Positions 61,292 to 64,000 of a stretch of 64,000 nucleotides of DNA are shown piece by piece. Numbering within the stretch: position 1 is the stretch's first letter; every line of letters begins with the position of its first letter. The notes below the pieces were generated by a model, which worked only from the letters and a program-made list of their open reading frames with translations, did not search any database and was not told the DNA's origin. The position numbers were made by a program, and so were the translations under genes. The DNA comes from Mobula hypostoma (taxonomy: Eukaryota), in assembly GCF_963921235.1 (NCBI RefSeq), contig NC_086108.1:30940001-31004000 (forward strand). Direction: 5' to 3'.

Positions 61292-63345
61292 AGTCAGAGA
61301 GCCAGAGAAGACTACAGCACAGAAACAGGCCCTTCTGCCCATCTAGTCCATGCTGAACTATTAGTCTGCCTAGTTCCATCGATTTCACCTGGACCATAGC
61401 CTTCTATACCCCTCCTGTGTGAGACCACACCTGGAGTATTGTGTGCAGTTTTGGTCCCCTAATCTGAGGAAAGACATCTTTGCCATAGAGGGAGTACAAA
61501 GAAGGTTCACCAGATTGATTCCTGGGATGGCAGGACTTTCATATGAAGAAAGACTGGATGAACTGGGCTTGTACTCGTTGGAATTTAGAAGATTGAGGGG
61601 GGATCTGATTGAAACGTATAAGATCCTAAAGGGATTGGACAGGCTAGATGCAGGAAGATTGTTCCCGATGTTGGGGAAGTCCAGAACGAGGGGCCACAGT
61701 TTGAGGATAGAGGGGAAGCCTTTTAGGACCGAGATTAGGAAAAACTTCTTCACACAGAGAGTGGTGAATCTGTGGAATTCTCTGCCACAGGAGACTGTTG
61801 AGGCCAGTTCATTGGCTATAATTAAGAGGGAGTTAGATATGGCCCTTGTGGCTACGGGGGTCGGGGGTATGGAGGGAAGGCTGGGGCAGGGTTCTGAGTT
61901 GGATGATCAGCCATGATCATAATAAATGGCGGTGCAGGCTCAAAGGGCCAAATGGCCTACTCCTGCACCTATTTTCTATGTTTCTATGTTTCTATCCATG
62001 TACCTTTCCTAACTTCTCTGAAATGTTGAAATTGAACCCACATCCAATACTTGCACTGACAGTTCTTTCTAGACTCTCGCCAATCTCTAAATGAAGACGC
62101 TCCTCCCCCCATGTTCAATGTAAATATTTCACCTTTCACCTTTAACCTATGAACTCAAGTTGCAGTCACATCCAACGTCAGTGGAAAAACTTGCTTGCAC
62201 TTACCCTATCTATGCAACTCATAATATTGTATAACTCTACCAAATCTTCCCTCAATCTTCTACATTCTAAGGTATATAGTCCTAATCTAGTCAGCTTTTC
62301 CCTATAACTCAGGTTATCAAATCCCAGAAGCATTCTTGTAAATTTTCTCTGCACTCTTTCAATCTAATTTACGGCCTTCCTGCAGATAGGTGACCAAAAC
62401 TGCACACAATACTCCAATTAAGTCTCAGCAACACCTTATTCAACTTCAATATAACCCAAATACCTAATCTTGAATGCCAAGAAAATGAACATTCTTGGCC
62501 AACCTCCCTTGTCAAACATTGCTAAAGTCCACGTAGAAAACACCTACTGTCTTGACTTCATCAACTTTGCTGGTAACTTCCTCATAAAATTCGATAAGAT
62601 TGGTTAGGCATGACCCACTACACACAAAGCTATGTTGGCTATTCCTAATTGGACTCTGTCAATCTAAATACTTATATATCCATTCCCTTAGAATACCTTG
62701 CAATCAATATCTTTCCCACTACTGATGTCAGGCTTACCGGACTATAATTTCCTGGTTTATTTTTAGTGCCTTTCTTAAACAACAGAACAACATCAGCTAT
62801 ACTCCAGTCTTCCTACACCTCACCCTTAGCTAAGAATATTTTAAATGTCTCTGCTCGGGCCCTGCAATTCCTGCACTACTGTCTCACAAGGTCTGAAGGA
62901 ACACCATGTCAGGCCCTAGAGGTTTTTCCACCTAAATTTGCATCAAGACAGAAAACACAATGTCTTCTCTAATCTCTACGGTCTATGACCTCGCTGCTGC
63001 TTTGCCTCTTCTCTCCAGACTCTCTGTCCACCTCTTGAGTAAACACCGATCCAAAAACATCCAGTTAAGATCTCCCCCTTCTCCTTCAGCTCCATGCATA
63101 GATGACCACTCTCATCTTCCAGAGGGCCAGTTTTGTCCTTTGCTATCCTATTATTCTTAATATATCTTTAAAAGCTCTTGGGATTCTCCTTCACCTTGCC
63201 CGTGAGCAACTTCAAGTTTCCTGATTTCTTTCTTCAGTATTCCTTTGCATTTCTATACTTCTCAAGTACCTCATTTGCTCCTTCTGCCATACCTGCTATG
63301 TACCTTAACTAGGGCCTGAATATCTCTCAAAAACCAAGGCTTAAC
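61292..63345 (-). mobile_element. Degenerate CR1 (same family as 45776-48612) interrupted by a young CR1
   Basis: Collinear with 57750-58330 and 47400-48290. Confidence 0.85.
61419..61995 (+). mobile_element. Young CR1 3' fragment
   Basis: Near-identical to 33846-34417; (TTTCTATG)n tail. Confidence 0.96.
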
Positions 63346-63351
63346 CAAAGC

Positions 63352-64000
63352 TTAAACACAAGATATTCTGCAGATACTGGAAATCCAAAGCAACACACAC
63401 AAAATGCTGGAGGAACTCAGCAGGTCAGGAAGCATCTATTCATTCATGGAAATGAATAGATGATCAACTTTTTGGGCTGAAACTCTTCTTCAGAACTGAA
63501 AAGGAATGGAGAAGATGCCAGAATTAAAAGGTGGGTAGAGGGGAAGGAGGCTAGCTGGAAGGCGATAGGTGAAGCCAGGTAGGAGGGAAAGGCAAAGAGC
63601 TGGAATTTGATAGGATAGGAGAGTGGATCATAAGAGAACGCCAAGGGAGTAGGGGATCCAGGGGAAAATGTTAGGCAGGTGAAAAGAGGTAAAAGGCCAG
63701 AGTGGGGAACAGAAGAAAAAGGGGGGGGGGTGGTGTTCAAAAAAAAATTACCGGAAAAAGAAATCGATAATCATGCCATCAGGTTAGAGGATACCTGGAC
63801 AGAATACAAGGATACAAGGTGTTGCTCCTCCACCCTGAGGGTGGTTTCATCTTGGCACAAGAGGAGGCCATGGACCAACATACAAGACTGGGAATGGGAT
63901 TCAGAATTAAAATGTTTGGCCACTGGGAGGCTCCAGTTTTGGCAGAGATAACGGAGGTGCTTGATGAAGTTTTCCTCCAATTTACGACAGGTCTCAACAA
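63352..64000 (-). mobile_element. Older Penelope-like 3' region, cut by the window edge
   Basis: LPVAKHFNSESHS..VHGLLLCQDETTLRVEEQHL and terminal repeat ttctgcagatactggaaatcc. Confidence 0.88.

Overview
Eukaryotic (vertebrate) non-coding DNA saturated with transposable elements. The mix of abundant CR1 LINEs, V-SINE/HE1-like SINEs, Penelope, Rex1/Babar, L2, RTE, Tc1, Tigger and hAT-Charlie suggests a cartilaginous fish (inference). No host protein-coding gene, rRNA, tRNA gene or CRISPR array can be supported, and all long ORFs are TE-derived or spurious. Main structures: (1) a degenerate class-I-like endogenous retrovirus at ~2446-10474 with two LTRs, a tRNA-Pro-like PBS, a gag zinc knuckle, protease and an RNase H end but no visible RT, IN or env, carrying three nested younger insertions. 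(2) A young Penelope-like (GIY-YIG) family whose terminal repeat encodes a minimal 38-nt hammerhead ribozyme; it occurs as ORF-bearing truncated copies, a 128-bp ribozyme-only insertion with a 14-bp TSD, and two TSD-flanked fold-back hairpins. (3) Three near-identical young CR1 copies, one with ~790 uninterrupted codons. (4) A complete non-autonomous Charlie/hAT element containing a CR1 3' end, a Tigger4-like element and a Tc1 remnant. (5) A candidate 12-nt microexon and a few TE-free islands. Boundaries of old degenerate elements are approximate.
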